64,000 nt of DNA from Hydrolagus affinis (Eukaryota): contig JAAILG010001338.1 in assembly GCA_012026655.1 (NCBI GenBank), forward strand, positions 1-64,000, given 5' to 3'. Below the pieces are notes generated by a model. It was not told the DNA's origin, ran no database searches, and saw only the letters and a program-made list of their open reading frames with translations. How positions within the stretch are numbered: position 1 is the first letter of the stretch; each line of letters opens with the position of its first letter. The position numbers and the translations under genes are program-made. Below are positions 27,461 through 41,096 of the stretch, piece by piece.

Positions 27461-27714
27461 CAAGGTGCATGGTGCATTATAGAACTGCAGGGAGAATTAA
27501 ACCAAGTGGGTTTATTATTTCTTCTTTGATTTATTGATGTACTACCTGCTTAGTTTGGAGAAATGTGCAACCTTTATCACATCAAATAATATGTTGTGGG
27601 TATTTTCTTTTTGCTATATTTGAATAGGTTTTTCACTTAATCACATCTTTAATGCTACGCTGCAGAAATAAAATTCTTACAAGAATAAAATAGAAATACC
27701 TGCTTGGAGGAAAA

Positions 27715-27930
27715 CTCAGTGGCACAGTTGGTTAACACAATCTTCTTTCCACTCTCTCTTGGAACCAGGTTCAATTCTAGCCTACACTCACAGGATAACA
27801 GTCTCCTCTGGTGGTTGTAATGAACTTTACAAGGAACGGGTCTGCCTGAGCAAATTTCCGGTTGGAAATTTTCCATTGGAACTATATATTGCCACCAAAT
27901 TGGCAAGGTTGCTGGCAGAGGCTGCAAGAA
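27715..27930 (+). mobile_element. LF-SINE-like ancient SINE relic
   Basis: tRNA-like head gtggcacagttggttaacac...ggaaccaggttcaattctagcc followed by agtctcctctggtggttgtaa. Similarity is from recall only. Confidence 0.45.
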
Positions 27931-28841
27931 TGATTTGTCTCGGGAGTAGAAAATCATTGCACTGGTGCTTTTTTTCTGTATGGTTAAGGGTAAGGTATTG
28001 GAGAGTTCTTAAGTGATCAAGAAGTTCCAGCATCAAATGTTTCTGTGCATGTGTGTGTGCGTTGAAGAGCTGAGAGAACAAATTAGATTTTACCATCCCA
28101 TTTTTCTTTTACAGCATCTAGAAAAAAATCATTTCCAACAAACCTTTCACTGAATATTAAGTTGGATGATAGCAGTGAAGGAACCACGTGGTATTTCTTT
28201 ACTCTCCAGTTTATATAGAAAAAACAGAATAAATTGTGACCTTGTTGTCTTTATTTCATTGCAGCAAGGTTACAATCTCCTTGACGGGATTAAGAGGTTT
28301 TAAAGGCTTTGAATGTACAGTACATTTTATTTTGATGGTATTCAGAATAAATTATCTGACAGTGTATTGTAAAACTGCTTTCAGGAAGAATTGGCCATTT
28401 GCCCATGCTTGCTGAATGATGCATACATTGGTCATTGTTTAACCCCCCCACCCCTCCAATTCTTTTTATGATGCTTAAAAAGTTAAGCTTTTATTGACAA
28501 CTTGAGCTGTTCTTTACAATAGAAAGTAGCAAAGTTCTTTTTGTATCTGCCTGGAATTAAGTCTCCCAAAAGCTCTGTAACCCTGGGGCTATTCAGGAGT
28601 AGTGGGGGAGTGGGGCTGGGGAAGACGAACCAAACAAACAATAATATCTTCAGTAGCAAGCTAATCAATCCAGATAAGTAGGCCTTATTGATTATCTCTT
28701 CTTAAACCTCATGGTTTGTGTCTGAACAATTTTTTCAGGCTGCAAAACTGTGAACTGCAGAGCGAAAACATATTAACACAGTACATAGCTGAAGGGCTTT
28801 AAGTTGCAGACTCGCACAAATTGTACAAGGTGTGTGTGTGT

Positions 28842-29056
28842 CAGCCTGGCTTAGTTGGATGCACTCTTGCCTCTGAGTCAGAAGGTTGTGGGTTCAAGTC
28901 TCGCGTCGGGACTTTGAACTCATATAGTCTAAACTGACCCTCCAATGCGGTGCTGCATGTACTGTATTGTTGGAGGTCCCGTCCTTCAGATGCGATGTTG
29001 AGCCAAAGTCCAGTCGGTCTGTTTGCATGGATGATCCCATAGCACTACTGAAGAAA
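28842..29056 (+). mobile_element. SacSINE1-like tRNA SINE, 5' part
   Basis: tggcttagttggatgcactcttgcctctgagtcagaaggttgtgggttcaagtc...ggaggtcccgtccttcagatg...gatcccatagcacta matches the shark SacSINE1 consensus as recalled. It is colinear with 27228-27460. Confidence 0.8.
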
Positions 29057-29652
29057 TTAAGTCAGTTCCTCCTGGCTGCTTGAGGGACATTGAGTTGCCC
29101 AAATTGTGTACACAACACACAGTGAATTTAAGCACTCTGGGACACTACCTTGAGAGGGGCGCTTTGTAAATGCAATTTGTTGTTGTTGTAAATTCCTGTG
29201 AAGTTCTTTCAGGTGTCATCCTGATGCAAAAAACACTTCATTAAATGCAAGGATTATTGTAGAACGCACAACAAGTGAGCATTGGAAATCAATTAAAACG
29301 TTGAGCACAATTGTTCTTGGCGAAAAGAGAAGAAGCTGGAGAGAGTAAACTGTTGGAAGTCAAACTTATGTTGAATTTTTTTTAAACTGGGATATATGGA
29401 GAATTCAGAGTCTGGTTCTGTATAAAGGCATGAAAGAGCGGAATTCTGCAGAACAGAAAGGATTCAAGGACAGCCTGCCAACACAATTGGAAAGCGAAAA
29501 CTTCAAAATTAATGTCATACATGTTGTGTAACCTTTTACTCTGCCATCTGCCATTCAATACAAAGTGGAATAAAGTGGTATCTTCCCATTATTAGTTGGT
29601 TGCCTGGCTGAACCACGTTATATAGGAAAAAAAATATGATACCGAAGATGTA

Positions 29653-29818
29653 CTGGGTGACCAAAAAGGCTTATTTTTCAGCTATCCTATTATCTACACT
29701 ATAACAACAAAATTACACTTTTAGAGCATCTTTCACGTCAGGTGGACATCCCAAAGCAAAGCATTTCTTTAAGACTTATTAGACATTTTATTTGTACTAT
29801 GACTTTCTGGTCACCCTG
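29653..29818. mobile_element. Mariner-type MITE with a nested LINE tail
   Basis: TA-ctgggtgaccaaaaaggc ... gactttctggtcaccctg-TA (18-bp inverted repeats, 3 mismatches). An L2-type tail is inserted at about 29702-29757. Confidence 0.65.
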
Positions 29819-29839
29819 TACTGTGAGTGAGGTGGGAGA

Positions 29840-29960
29840 ATCATAGAACATTTCAGCACAAAAGGAGGCCATACGGCCCATCCAGTCTGTGCCGGCTCTT
29901 TGAAAAGAGCTATTCAAAGTCAATCCCACTCCCCGGCTCTCTCCCCATAACACTCCAAAC
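29840..29960 (-). mobile_element. CR1-type LINE 3' UTR/tail
   Basis: atcatagaacatttcagcacaaaaggaggccatacggcccatccagtctgtgccggctc is a shark CR1-like 3' end. Similar pieces lie at 11233-11360 (-), 39625-39830 (-), 50395-50570 (-) and 5450-5520 (+). Confidence 0.75.
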
Positions 29961-30484
29961 CCGTCCTCCCCGAGTTTGGAGAGGTTTCCAGCTCTATTGA
30001 GTAACACTAAGTCATTGAGTCCATAATCATCAATGAGAACTGGCTGGGGAGATGGTCCAGTTCCGGTTGTGAACTGATTGCTGCTGACTCACCTTCTACA
30101 CTCACTCCACATATCCGGTATCAAGAGAATACTCAGAAGAAATAATCTGCGCAGAGCTCCAAGGACTTGCTTGTCACTATCTTCTGTAGTAGTACTGTAT
30201 CATCAAATCCTCTTTGATTCTACAAAGCTCTTTAATTCTACAAAGTGCTGTTTAGTTCCTGTAATTCTTTAGTTGCTAATAAAGATGTTACCAATCTGCC
30301 TACGGATCGCAGTCTTTTTCTCAGATAATCAGAACCTCTTTCTTTTTTAGGATGTTTCTTGAACGTAACCTAACTCAGAACAGGTTTTGAACAATTCCAT
30401 TTGCATTCAGTTTGCCTACGGATTGTATGGTTTGTTGCCAGGCTGGGCAAAACTTTGGGTGAGTTTGCTTGCTCCACAAGCCTG

Positions 30485-30697
30485 ATAATAATCCTTCAAG
30501 AAAAATGATAATAAATTGGTCGCTTCAATCCACTATTGTTTGTGGGGACGCTGCTGTGCGCAATTGGCTGCTGCGTTTCACCCACAAATATACAGTCAAT
30601 TCACTTTACAATATATTTTGTGAAATGTTTTGAGACATAGAGAAGATATGAAAAGCGTTATATCAAATGCAAGGATTATTGTTGTTATTATTGTTGT
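30485..30697 (+). mobile_element. SINE 3' two-thirds
   Basis: aaattggtcgcttcaatcc..tgtttgtggggacgctgctgtgcgcaattggctgc...atcaaatgcaaggattatt. Confidence 0.85.
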
Positions 30698-32489
30698 TCG
30701 AAATCCAGTAGCATTTAGAAACACAAATCTCTCTGCACCACAACAAATTCTCAATTTTAATTTTTATGCGTTCAAAGGAGAGATTTGAATTTGGTTGGGT
30801 ATACTGTAATACAGAGTAAAAAAGGATTCCAAAGGTCCTGACCTAAAACCAGGAGTGTCTATATCAACTCAGCCGATTGATTCAAAACACAGCAGATAAT
30901 TTCTGATCAAATTGGTTTTGTGTTCTCCAGACCACTATTGTGATAAATAAAGGCAGGAGATACAGGTAGGCAGTGATAGCAAGCGAAGACTCGGGCAGCT
31001 ACTTCAAAAGGGCTTCATTGACATATAATCTGTCAAAGAGGTTTAGTCTCCCGAGGTCTCCTTTTAGATCATTACAGGGTTATAAAAGGAATCTTTTAAC
31101 TACAGTGTGAATCAATCGCAGTTTCACAGGAAGGTAATCTTTGACCCTCTCCTCCCCACCAACACCTTAATGATAATTACTGCACCATTCTATGCTATAG
31201 CCAGAGTAGCCAGTGTAAGCTTAATCAGTCTTGTTCAAAGTACTCAATATTACAATGGTTCCCCGATCCCTTTATAAATTCTATGCATCACAGAATAACC
31301 TGAAAGTTAACTAGACGTCTGTATACGTCTGATCGCTAATATGTTCACCGACAAGATACACCATCACTACACTTCACAGAGTATTCTGTGAAGTGCTTTG
31401 CGATGCATTCCTGATTTGAAAATCACTGTATCAAATGAAAGGATTAATGTCACACTATTATCAATACTGTCTGCTTATTTAAAAAAACTATTTACCCAAA
31501 GTGTTTAAAATGTCATCTTTTTTTCTTCAATCTGTTTGTAATTTGACAACTAAATTGAAATTGTACTTAGTAGATATGAAATAGAGTTGAGATTGAGCAA
31601 GGCGATGGAGATTGTAATTAGCTTGCATAAACTGCCTTGGCTAATTATTGCCCATATGTATGACACATCAAGTGACCTGTAAACCATGTGTTGCCTTTCA
31701 ATGAAGACGAAGCATATTGGGTTTGCATTTTCATTAAAATGTGTGGTTTAATCCTGTGCATGATTTAGGAAATGTTTTGAATTAATATTGAAGGCCATTC
31801 ACATGGACTTTTTGCACATTTTGTTGGTGTTCTGCTCTTCGGTGAAGTAATTGGGATACATGGTGAGATTTAGAGTCACCGTTGACTGGTTTAATTTGAA
31901 AGAGCAATGAGGATTGATTCTGAGGCGTTCAGTAGCTCACACAGCAGGCTATTGTTGAAGGAGAATGAATGGCAAGGTAGGTAACCCCAGATAGCCTGTC
32001 ATCACTAGCCATATGCACAAAATAAAAATCTTTCCTGTATGTCTACTATCCTTAGCCTCGAGCATTGTAAAATATTAATGTTCACCACAAAGATATTGCA
32101 GAACAATTCCTTACATGTTGTATGTTAACATGACAAAATGTAGAACCACCTGTAGTAAGTTTGGGATGTCTTTTGTGATGTGTTGATAAGTGATAGATAC
32201 TTCCTTTTGTTTGCAAGGATGTGTCAAAAAAATATGTCAGGAAATTGAAAGGACTGGAATAACGTATTGCGTATGTGAGAGGAAGCAAAACAGATCTGAG
32301 AAATCAAAAAGTCCAAGATTGCCAGAAATGTTTGAGTATACTTCGAACGCATCTTAGACTCGTGTGCTTTATCTGGATTAAAATAATCCTAGAGTTTGAT
32401 ACAATAGTTTAGATCTCACAATGTTTCGTAGGATTTCCTATGATGTGCAGTGACTAACTTTGATGAACACAGCTGCCAATTGGCATCGC

Positions 32490-32597
32490 TCCCCCAACAT
32501 TGCCCTGGAGTGTCAGCCTAGACTTTGAGCTCAAAGTCCTGATGTAGGGCTTGAACCTGTTTCTGACTGGAAGTGCAAGACTGCTGCCAACCGAGGT
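32490..32597 (-). mobile_element. SacSINE1-like head fragment
   Basis: ctggagtgtcagcctagactttgagctcaaagtcctg...cttgaacc..ttctgactggaagtgcaagactgctgccaaccgag. Confidence 0.65.
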
Positions 32598-35500
32598 AGT
32601 GTTGTCTTGCAAGCCTGCGTGATATCAATTGACTATGTCCATCGGATAAAAAGCACTCATATTAAAAGACAGTAAACTAAACACTTTGACTTTAAATAGG
32701 ATCTAAGAAATGGTGATTTCTAGCACATTAATGAAACTGGAAGTACATACCGGGAATTTTTCTCTGATACTGTTTGCTTTCAGAGCAGAGTGAGTTCCAA
32801 GAAACAAATCCCGCTCAGAATTTTGGTTAAGGAATCCCATAAGAAATCGCTTCACAATCTTATTAGACCTAAATCGTAGCTATTAGAGGTTGGTTCAACT
32901 GGTTTATGTTCACTGGCTAGTGAGGCTCATAAGGTAGCCTTACGTTATTCACGGTGTCATTCGATTGGAATATTCTTAACAATGGCTGAAATATATATTT
33001 TTTTCTCAGCCTGGTCTGTGATGGGTGGGAGAACTCATTTAAGTAAATAGTTTTAAATACACGCTTTAATTTGATTGATTATTCAACATTTTTCCTTCCA
33101 TTTTGAACATTAATCAATCAATTAGTTGAGTTTTGGGTAGAAGTTAATAGGATTTAATTGTCTCCAATGTATGCCTCATTATTATACTGTCTGTGTGTGT
33201 TCTTGATAAAGCTTTATTCAGATAGTGCACCATAATCAACTGGCTTTGAACTGGCAATTAAAAAGGGGAAAAAAAACTTAAAGAACAGATTTTCCTCTGC
33301 AACGTGGCTCATTTTATAGACTTATTAAAATCCTATTTATGCTTTTAATTTCATGCTTATTTAATGGCCTTTATTAACAAAAGGTTTGGAAATTACTTTT
33401 TAGTTTGTGCGACTCATTAATCTTTTACATTAATTTGTCCATTTTACTCTGTTCCAAATAATGCAGCAAAAGGAAATGCTTTAGCAGTTTAATTTTGGCT
33501 TGATTGAAGTGTAAAATAAGATATCAATCTAGGATGGTGTGGGATCTCTGGTAGTATTTACACCATTTCAGCGGTTACTTATCAGTCTTTCCATTTGTGT
33601 TGGATGAGGTGGCAAAACAGATTGATTTGTTTTCTTAGTCGAGCTCAATGCTTCGAAGACAATGTATTGAGGGGGTAATTCTGCTCCTAATGTTCCACTG
33701 TGTAAAATAAACTGCCGTAGGTTAGGCCCTACCTTTGGGTGTATTTTGTGAACTTGTGGGAAACATGACAATAGTAGTGTTGAAATTATAATTCAGTTTT
33801 GCTTGTAAAAAAATAATAATTGTTTCGTAAAATTGCATTACCATATTTTATGCACCTACAGGGACAATTTGGAGAAAGTTTGCAAGTGGAGCTATATTGC
33901 ACAAACTCCTTTGCAATCAATTTGCTTCATAAAACAAAACAACCCTATTATCACTATTCTTTTTGCCATTTTTTTCCCCCTCCTCTAATTTTCCCTCGTC
34001 CCCTCTTTTCAGTTCCTTTCACTGGATGTTGGACGCTGGACAAAATTACAGATTTGGTTGCAATAGCTTTGGATTCAATTACTCAGGTGCAGATAATAGG
34101 GAATTAATGTTCCTGGATCACCTTCAAAATCTCATTATATTGGGTTGAAGCATAATGTAAATGTGTTCTGCTGTCTGTTCATAGTGAACAGTTGATTGCT
34201 ATGAATTTAGCTGTGGTTCACTACCGTTCCAGTATAAATGGACACACAGGTGACACATATTCTGATTTTTCCCCTGTGTTCATAGTACAGTATGTATATT
34301 TCAGATTTTAAAAAAGGTTTGCCACCTTGTGTTTTTAAATAAACCGTATGTTCATGAGTAGATTCAATGGAAAAATCACAATTTGGATCTGAACCGCCCG
34401 AGAGGTTTTCATGTAATCTTGTAGTCAAATTATTCAGAATGTCAGTAATAGAGATTTCTGCATTATATAGACATGCATTTTTGAAGAAGCAACCGGAGAG
34501 AATAATACAGATATTGGGCGATGGGCGGGTGACGATCAATGTTTTTCAAATTGACCTTTATACTCATGACTTGGCTGAACCAGTGGTTGGAATTTCATCA
34601 GGGATTATTTTACTAATTGACAGATGGGTCCAGGTACTGAGCCAGTAGCAACAGAGGATACAATACTGATTGGAACAGCAGGGATAATTGGTGGATGAGT
34701 CACAATTGTATGTGCTAACAGTCCAGATGGACCTTTTGAGTGATGTGGCACTCAGCATCTGAGAACATTGGGTTCCAGCTACTTTTTAATTGTGTTCTAA
34801 AATTTTGATCAGGCAGTTGCACACAGAAATACACAAGCAACATCACATTTTCCGTGTTGGTTCCTTGATGCTTCAAGAATCCTAGCGTGCAATGTACAAG
34901 CCACCCAGGTAAGGTATTTGGTGAATTATACAGGTGTTACTATTTGGTGGTTCTCCACTTGAACTTTTCCAATCCATCACCTCTTTCTGCTTCACTCTCT
35001 CTGCCTTTTTAACGTCACCTGAAGACCCATCTACATTTGCTGTGATTTCCCCTCCATACTTGCTCAATGTCCACTACTCCCACCGTTGAACATTTTGAGA
35101 TGTTCCTTTATTGTCATTGATGCTCTACTCTGGTGTCTAATTTGCAGGTTGGGTTAGGAACCTGTGTGCAAAATTTGTGAAGTGTGCTAAGCATGTCAAG
35201 CTCACACAGGAAATTATAGATGTCTCTTCTCATGACATTTACCTATGGTCTGTGAAACAAATTTCACAGACCGGTTCCTATTCCAACCACAAACCGGCCT
35301 TCTATATTCAAGCTATTAAATAGTTGTTAAATTTGCGCTCGTATAAATTCAGTCTAAGAGCAAATCATTTTCCCTTCAAAAGAACCGCTGTAACTTGGGG
35401 TCCCTGTGGTATTTTGTGTACGATTGGCTCAGAACAGTGAAATCTGGAGGTAGCAGCTGCACTGAAACTTGTATCACAGTTGTAGGTGGGAGAAATAATC

Positions 35501-36311
35501 ATTCTTATACCAACTGGATGGTTAAATGGAACTCATCTATCCAGCTCCAGTGGGTAGCAATTAAGCATCATGGATACAGTCTGTACGTTCCGTCCACTCG
35601 CTCACTGCAACTTTTCCTGTTGAGAGATCTTATTATGAATCTTCGAATTAGAAACGACTGCAGCGGGGGGAAAATAACAACACTGCAACTCCCCTATTAG
35701 TGCTACTGTTTCATGAAGCGTGACTAGATGCTCCGTGTAGGAGATTTGATATGCCTGGGAAGAAACTGTAAAATATATCTTTGGGACATTATTGGAATAA
35801 CTCTGAGCATCCGAGGGAGAATTTTGTGCAGAAAAAATGCAGGTACTCCTAGAGAACCACATAATGGCTATTGAGTGAATTGTGTTTTAGAAATCTAAAG
35901 AGAAAAGTAAATCCTGCAGCATGAAAAACTGTCCCTATGTATTGCATTTTGAGTTTGATGGACCTTGATCTGAACGTGAGTGTATGGATAGAGAGAGAGA
36001 GAGAGAGAGAGTGGTGGGGAGAATGCTTTTTGTATGTAGGATCTGTTTGTGTTGAATTTGAGACTTGAGGCTGCATTCTTCAATGTAGTATTATGTAGAG
36101 ATTCTCGTTTGACTGATCAAGATGCAAAATCAGTCAGTTTTACAGAGGTGTTTCTGTCTACAATGGACACCTCAGAATAATTGAAAATATCAGTAATGTA
36201 GCTTTTGCACCAAAAGCAAACCCACCTTTCATTTGAATAGCCCACCTCCTCTGAAAAGTAGCTATGCAGAAAATGATCTGTTTGCTCTAAATACACCTAT
36301 ACTTGTGGAGC

Positions 36312-36625
36312 TCCTGTAGCTCAGTGATTAGAGCACTCGCCTTACAAGTGTGAGGCCCGTGTTCGAATCCAGGCAGATCAGGGCGAAACCTTGGGTAAGT
36401 TTCCTTATTCCACACGCCTAATAATAATCCGTCCCAAAAAAAACACTATAATAAAATTGGTCATTTCAATCCACGACTGTTTGTGGGACACTGCTGTGCA
36501 CAATTGCCTGCCGCGCATCTCCCACAAATATACAGACAATTCACATTACATTATATTCTGTGAAGCACTTCAAGACGTTTAGAAGATGTGAAAAGCGCTA
36601 TATCAAATTCAAGGATTATTATTAT
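36312..36625 (+). mobile_element. Near full-length tRNA-derived Deu-domain SINE with (TTA)n tail and target-site duplication
   Basis: Head TCCTGTAGCTCAGTGATTAGAGC (A box) and GTTCGAATCC (B box). Central block ctgtttgtgggacactgctgtgcacaattg. Tail tgtgaaaagcgctatatcaaattcaaggattattatt. Flanked by tatacttgtggagc (36298-36311) and tatacttttggagc (36626-36639). Confidence 0.9.
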
Positions 36626-39474
36626 TATACTTTTGGAGCGGGCAGACAGGGAGTGTGGGGAGGGGTTGAAGGAGAAAAGAAAAGCTGCTACCCCTATGTT
36701 GAAATCATGTTAATATTACATTAAAAAATAGTTAAATCTTGCAAAACATAAATGCTTTATTTCACGTTATATTAAAATAAAAGAATTCCCAATCAGAGAG
36801 TTGTGGATTGTAACATTTTAAAGGCATAAATATCCTCCCTAAGCCGCCATACATAATGATGAGGTGTAAGTACCACATTTGCTGTGACACACAGCCACAT
36901 AGAGTAGGAAGTCCTTAGATTTGATCCTTGTGTTTCCTAAATTGGTTGGGGAAGCACTATAAAAAATGCCTTTGGAAATGATCTTCCGCCACGATGTAAA
37001 GGGTGCTATCGTTAATATGTCTTGATGGATAAACTTCCACGACCTAAGGATGAGAAAAGTTTATCTAGTTACGGAGTCAGGAGTGATTGTGGGTGAGGGT
37101 CAGGAGAGTTTCTCTGACAGGTCTACACTATTGGAAAACCTGCCTGGCTCTCATATCTGAAGAACAGTGACTTGACCGGGATGCTTAAAGGCTACTGGTA
37201 TTTGTGAAACCACACTGAAACCTTTAAAAGAGGGATACAATTAATTAGGGGCAGAATCTAGTCTGAATGCTCAGCTGTGAAATATTGTGCCATCGCAGAA
37301 TTATAGGGCTGTGGCATTTGCAACAGAATTGGGGAAGTATCGTCAAACAATAGCCTTTCGAACGCTGGTTGGAACTCAAAACAAAGGGTAAATACTTTGT
37401 GCTGTGTGTATGTTGTGCTGAAGGGAGCTTGCAAGCCTAATTTGTAGGACTCTGATCAGGATCTATATTTTGAATACTGTCTTCTCCTTGTGTGAAATAA
37501 AACTATCCAGTGCAAAGCTGGAGTCACACGATTGGAAGCGACAGAAGTCTTAAAAAAAATGTGGGTTTTGTTTTATCACCAACAGATTTAATATCTTAAA
37601 GTAAATTTATTGTTATCCTGCAGATCGGTTGCAAGCGTGAACAATTGCACTGTCTTAAAGTGGCTTTATGTAAAGAGCAGTTCTCGTTCTGTAGTTGTCT
37701 TACTCAGACTAAATTGCATGTTCAACAGAAATTGCTGCTGTCAGCAGTTAAAGATTAGCCAGATTCTCTAGGGATGCGTTTTCCATGGCATCATCAGTTG
37801 TGCTCTTTATTCTTCTATTCCACTTTGATATCATGTGTCTTTGTGTGCACGCAAGGTCAGATCCTTTCTTATATATAAATATAAGGCGGTAGGGCAGGTG
37901 GGAGGGAAACCCTGCAACATGTAAGCAATACAAGTTCCAAAAATACATTATGAGTCTTCATTCAGTTTGTTAACTTTGTTTTACCATTTTTATTCACAAA
38001 ACCCAATCTGTAAGTCATTAGTGGCAGAGTACTGAAAAATATTCTGCCAGGAAAATGTTTCAGACGGTTATTTTGGTGTTTCCGATAAAGCAATTATTCA
38101 ATCTTGTTATTTCTCACACTGTAACCTATGTTTATTTTAAGGTGATCCACGATCACTCCCTTAGAGTGGCTGATCTTGCAGTAGGCAGTCATTACTGAAC
38201 CTAGCCTATTACCTCTCGAGTTATAAGTCATAAAGAAAGGCTTCAGATACACTAGTGAGGGTAAACCTGACTTAAGATCTCTGAACTCCAAACAGTATAT
38301 ATTGAGGTCACACTGACTACACATAATGCCTTTGTAGAAAGCTAGAAGTAAAGTGATGTTGCTTCCAGGAGTAAGTGATGAGGCACAAGAAGCCTGATGA
38401 AGCTCTTACTCTTCATCTCACTGTTCAACAATCAACAGTGTTCTGAAATTGGCTGCAAATGTTTTAATATTAGCAAGGAGGCATTGCAAGCCCATCAATA
38501 ACATTTTTAAAAGTCCCTTGAAAACTGTAGGGTTTTTCATGGGACGTTCATTCACACTCACTTTGATTAGACCACTATGGAGTAAATTGAACCTGTGCCT
38601 CAGTAGTGACTCCTGACCTGAAAGGCACTTTACAAGTGTAAATTTGTTGTTGTTGTTGTAGTGGGGCTTCCGAATCGCATTGCTCAACCCAATTTATACA
38701 ACCTTTCAAGCTAAATCACTGCAAAAAGTGCCATCTGAGCAGAGTGCAGAAAAGATCTTCACTGCTTGTACTGTAATACATATGGAAAATGAACACTGCT
38801 CAACAAAGCCATTTTCCATGGCTACCAATATATTTACTGCCTTCTGGGTGTCTTTATAATATCCATACAGGCTGAAAATGCAAACTATTTTCATTGTGTT
38901 GATTTTCCAAATGAGCACAGTATTGGTGGGGGGGGACGGAAATTGGATGGGATTACAGTGCATTTGTTCTTACTAATTGTGTGCATTTCCCATTTGGTTA
39001 ACAGGATAAGAGTTTCTTTTAGGTTTAAAGTAACCAGCTGGTGTTTGAAGATGAATGGGTAGCTGGTGCCATAAAGCAGCTTCCCCCTGCTGCTAGTTAT
39101 GTGGGGGATTAATATGGTGATAGACCAAGTAATGAGGGCTATGAATGGATGTTGAGTTGTCACCTACCCACTGGGAGGTGGGAGAGGGAGGGAATACTGC
39201 AAGAGGCAGAAACACTATGGGCTGCAAACTAATCAAATGGTAACATATTGTATCTGTTGGCCAAGCTTGTATATCATAGCAAATGTGTTTTACTTTTATG
39301 AGAAATTTCCACCTATAATTTAGTTCCATGGAAGACATTGGGGCTCTCCGTGCATTGCATTTTCACTCTATTACCTGGCCTCCTCAAATTCCGTAACTTC
39401 AAATTCTTCACTGGGTTGAACATGACTGATATTATTTTACTAAACAAAAGGATTTCTCTTTACCCCCCTCACAT

Positions 39475-39475
<1 letters not shown>

Positions 39476-39508
<33 letters not shown>
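39476..39508. repeat. (CA)n microsatellite
   Basis: Direct reading. Other microsatellites: (CA) ~539-570, (CT) ~17097-17116, (TA) ~17688-17717 and ~23175-23203, (GA) ~35990-36010, (TG) ~43151-43170. Confidence 0.95.
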
Positions 39509-39510
<2 letters not shown>

Positions 39511-40899
39511 ATAAACAAAAGGCCTTGGCGTGATAACATTCTATTAGATTTTGTGCAATTAGATTTCATTCTAGGTTAAAAATTAGAGTTCATAAATACT
39601 GTAAAACATGGTTGTTGTTGGATAATGGAAACAGAAGAAGGTCATTCACCCCCATTGAACTTTCTCTTATCAGTTGTATTGCATCTTGGCATATTTTTCA
39701 TTCCCAATATCTCTCTTGAGTACCTTAACTATCTGTGTCTCTCTTTCTCTTAAACAACCCGATTGGTTCCATCTTTTTCTGGAGAGCATTGCACAGCTTC
39801 ACAACCTCTATGTGAAGAAATGCTTCCTGGCACTGTTTTCAATGATACAGTCACCAAATATACTCAGCGACTTTACCCTTGTGAAGGAACGAGTTAATAA
39901 CAAAAATAGATCTCAAAGCTATCTAATGGGATGTATGAGGCTTGAAATGGAGTGTGGTGAGTGAGCAAGCACTGATACCTGACGAATGCATCACAGAGAA
40001 TTGGTGGGAAAAAAAATACCTTCTTAGATTTTAATTTCTAGAGGTTACCTCGCTGCTCGAATTAATATTTCCAGTGCTTTGTTATTGATACAATTTATGA
40101 AAAGGCCACGCTTTTATTCAACACCCCATGGGCATGCTTTACATTATCTGTGGGAGACTTCTGATGTCTTAATCTTTCTCTCCCTTCTCTATCCCCCTCC
40201 ATCCCCACCACCTCTGAAATCCAGCAACTTAGTCACTGCAGGAGGTTCTTCCCTGCGGAAATCATTTATTTCAAGGGTTTTTAAAAAATCTTTTCCAACT
40301 TTTGCCTTTCACTCCCAAGCGTTTGATATGATCAGATAGGGCAACACAGAAATGTATATTGACAATGGAGAAATTCAAAGAGAATGGAGCCCAAGGATGA
40401 CATCGCTTTCAAGTCGGTCCTCAGTCCTCGGGATAAAACGCAATAAGAATATCTGGCTGAGTTGCTGTTTAAGGAACTTTTAGCACTTTCTCTCCTGATG
40501 GAAACAATTCAAATCTGATTATTGAAAGACATTTATTAGAAATACACTCCAAACTACCAATTGATTACTTAAGTGACAATGGCACGGAGGGAATAGAGTA
40601 AGATGTAGGTGACAGGTAGGATGATTGAAGAATAAGACTGCAAGTTGTCCTTCATATCACAGTTATATTGTCGAAGACACTTCAGCTGGATAAGTGGCTC
40701 CGAGTTACCTGATTTGTCAATGTTGCGAAATCTGCTCTCCAATCCTCTGGGATGGATTCCACATTGGGCATGACAGTAGAAGCAATATTGACGTGGTGAT
40801 GGATTTCTCTGGTTCTGTATTTACTTTTATTACTTGCTCATTTGAATGGGCCAGAAACTGTATTGTGGCTCATCAATAGACAGTGGAAGAGAGTCTGTG

Positions 40900-41030
40900 A
40901 GAAAGGACCCTCTAAGAAATTCCTTTCTTTTTTGAACAGTGTCATGAGTTCCTTAACATCCACCTGAACAGACAGTTGGGACCTCGGTTTAGCATTTCAT
41001 CTGAAGGACAACACCTCCGACAACACAACA
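40900..41030 (-). mobile_element. SacSINE1-like fragment
   Basis: aacagtgtcatgagttccttaacatccacctga..cagac..gggacctcggtttagcatttcatctgaaggacaacacctccgaca. Confidence 0.7.
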
Positions 41031-41096
41031 CCCCCCCCCCCCCCCCACACCCCTCGCCCCAGAACTGGAGGACAAAACCAGTACAATTTCCCAATG

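Noticed and set aside
34890-34915. Strong donor-like CCAG|GTAAGG with an upstream ATG
   Set aside because: ATG TAC AAG CCA CCC AG ends in phase 2, incompatible with exon 3, and no clear acceptor was seen.
36312-36385. tRNA-Val(TAC)-like gene
   Set aside because: There is no proper acceptor stem and the sequence continues into a SINE body and tail. It is a SINE head, as at 8339 and 7219.
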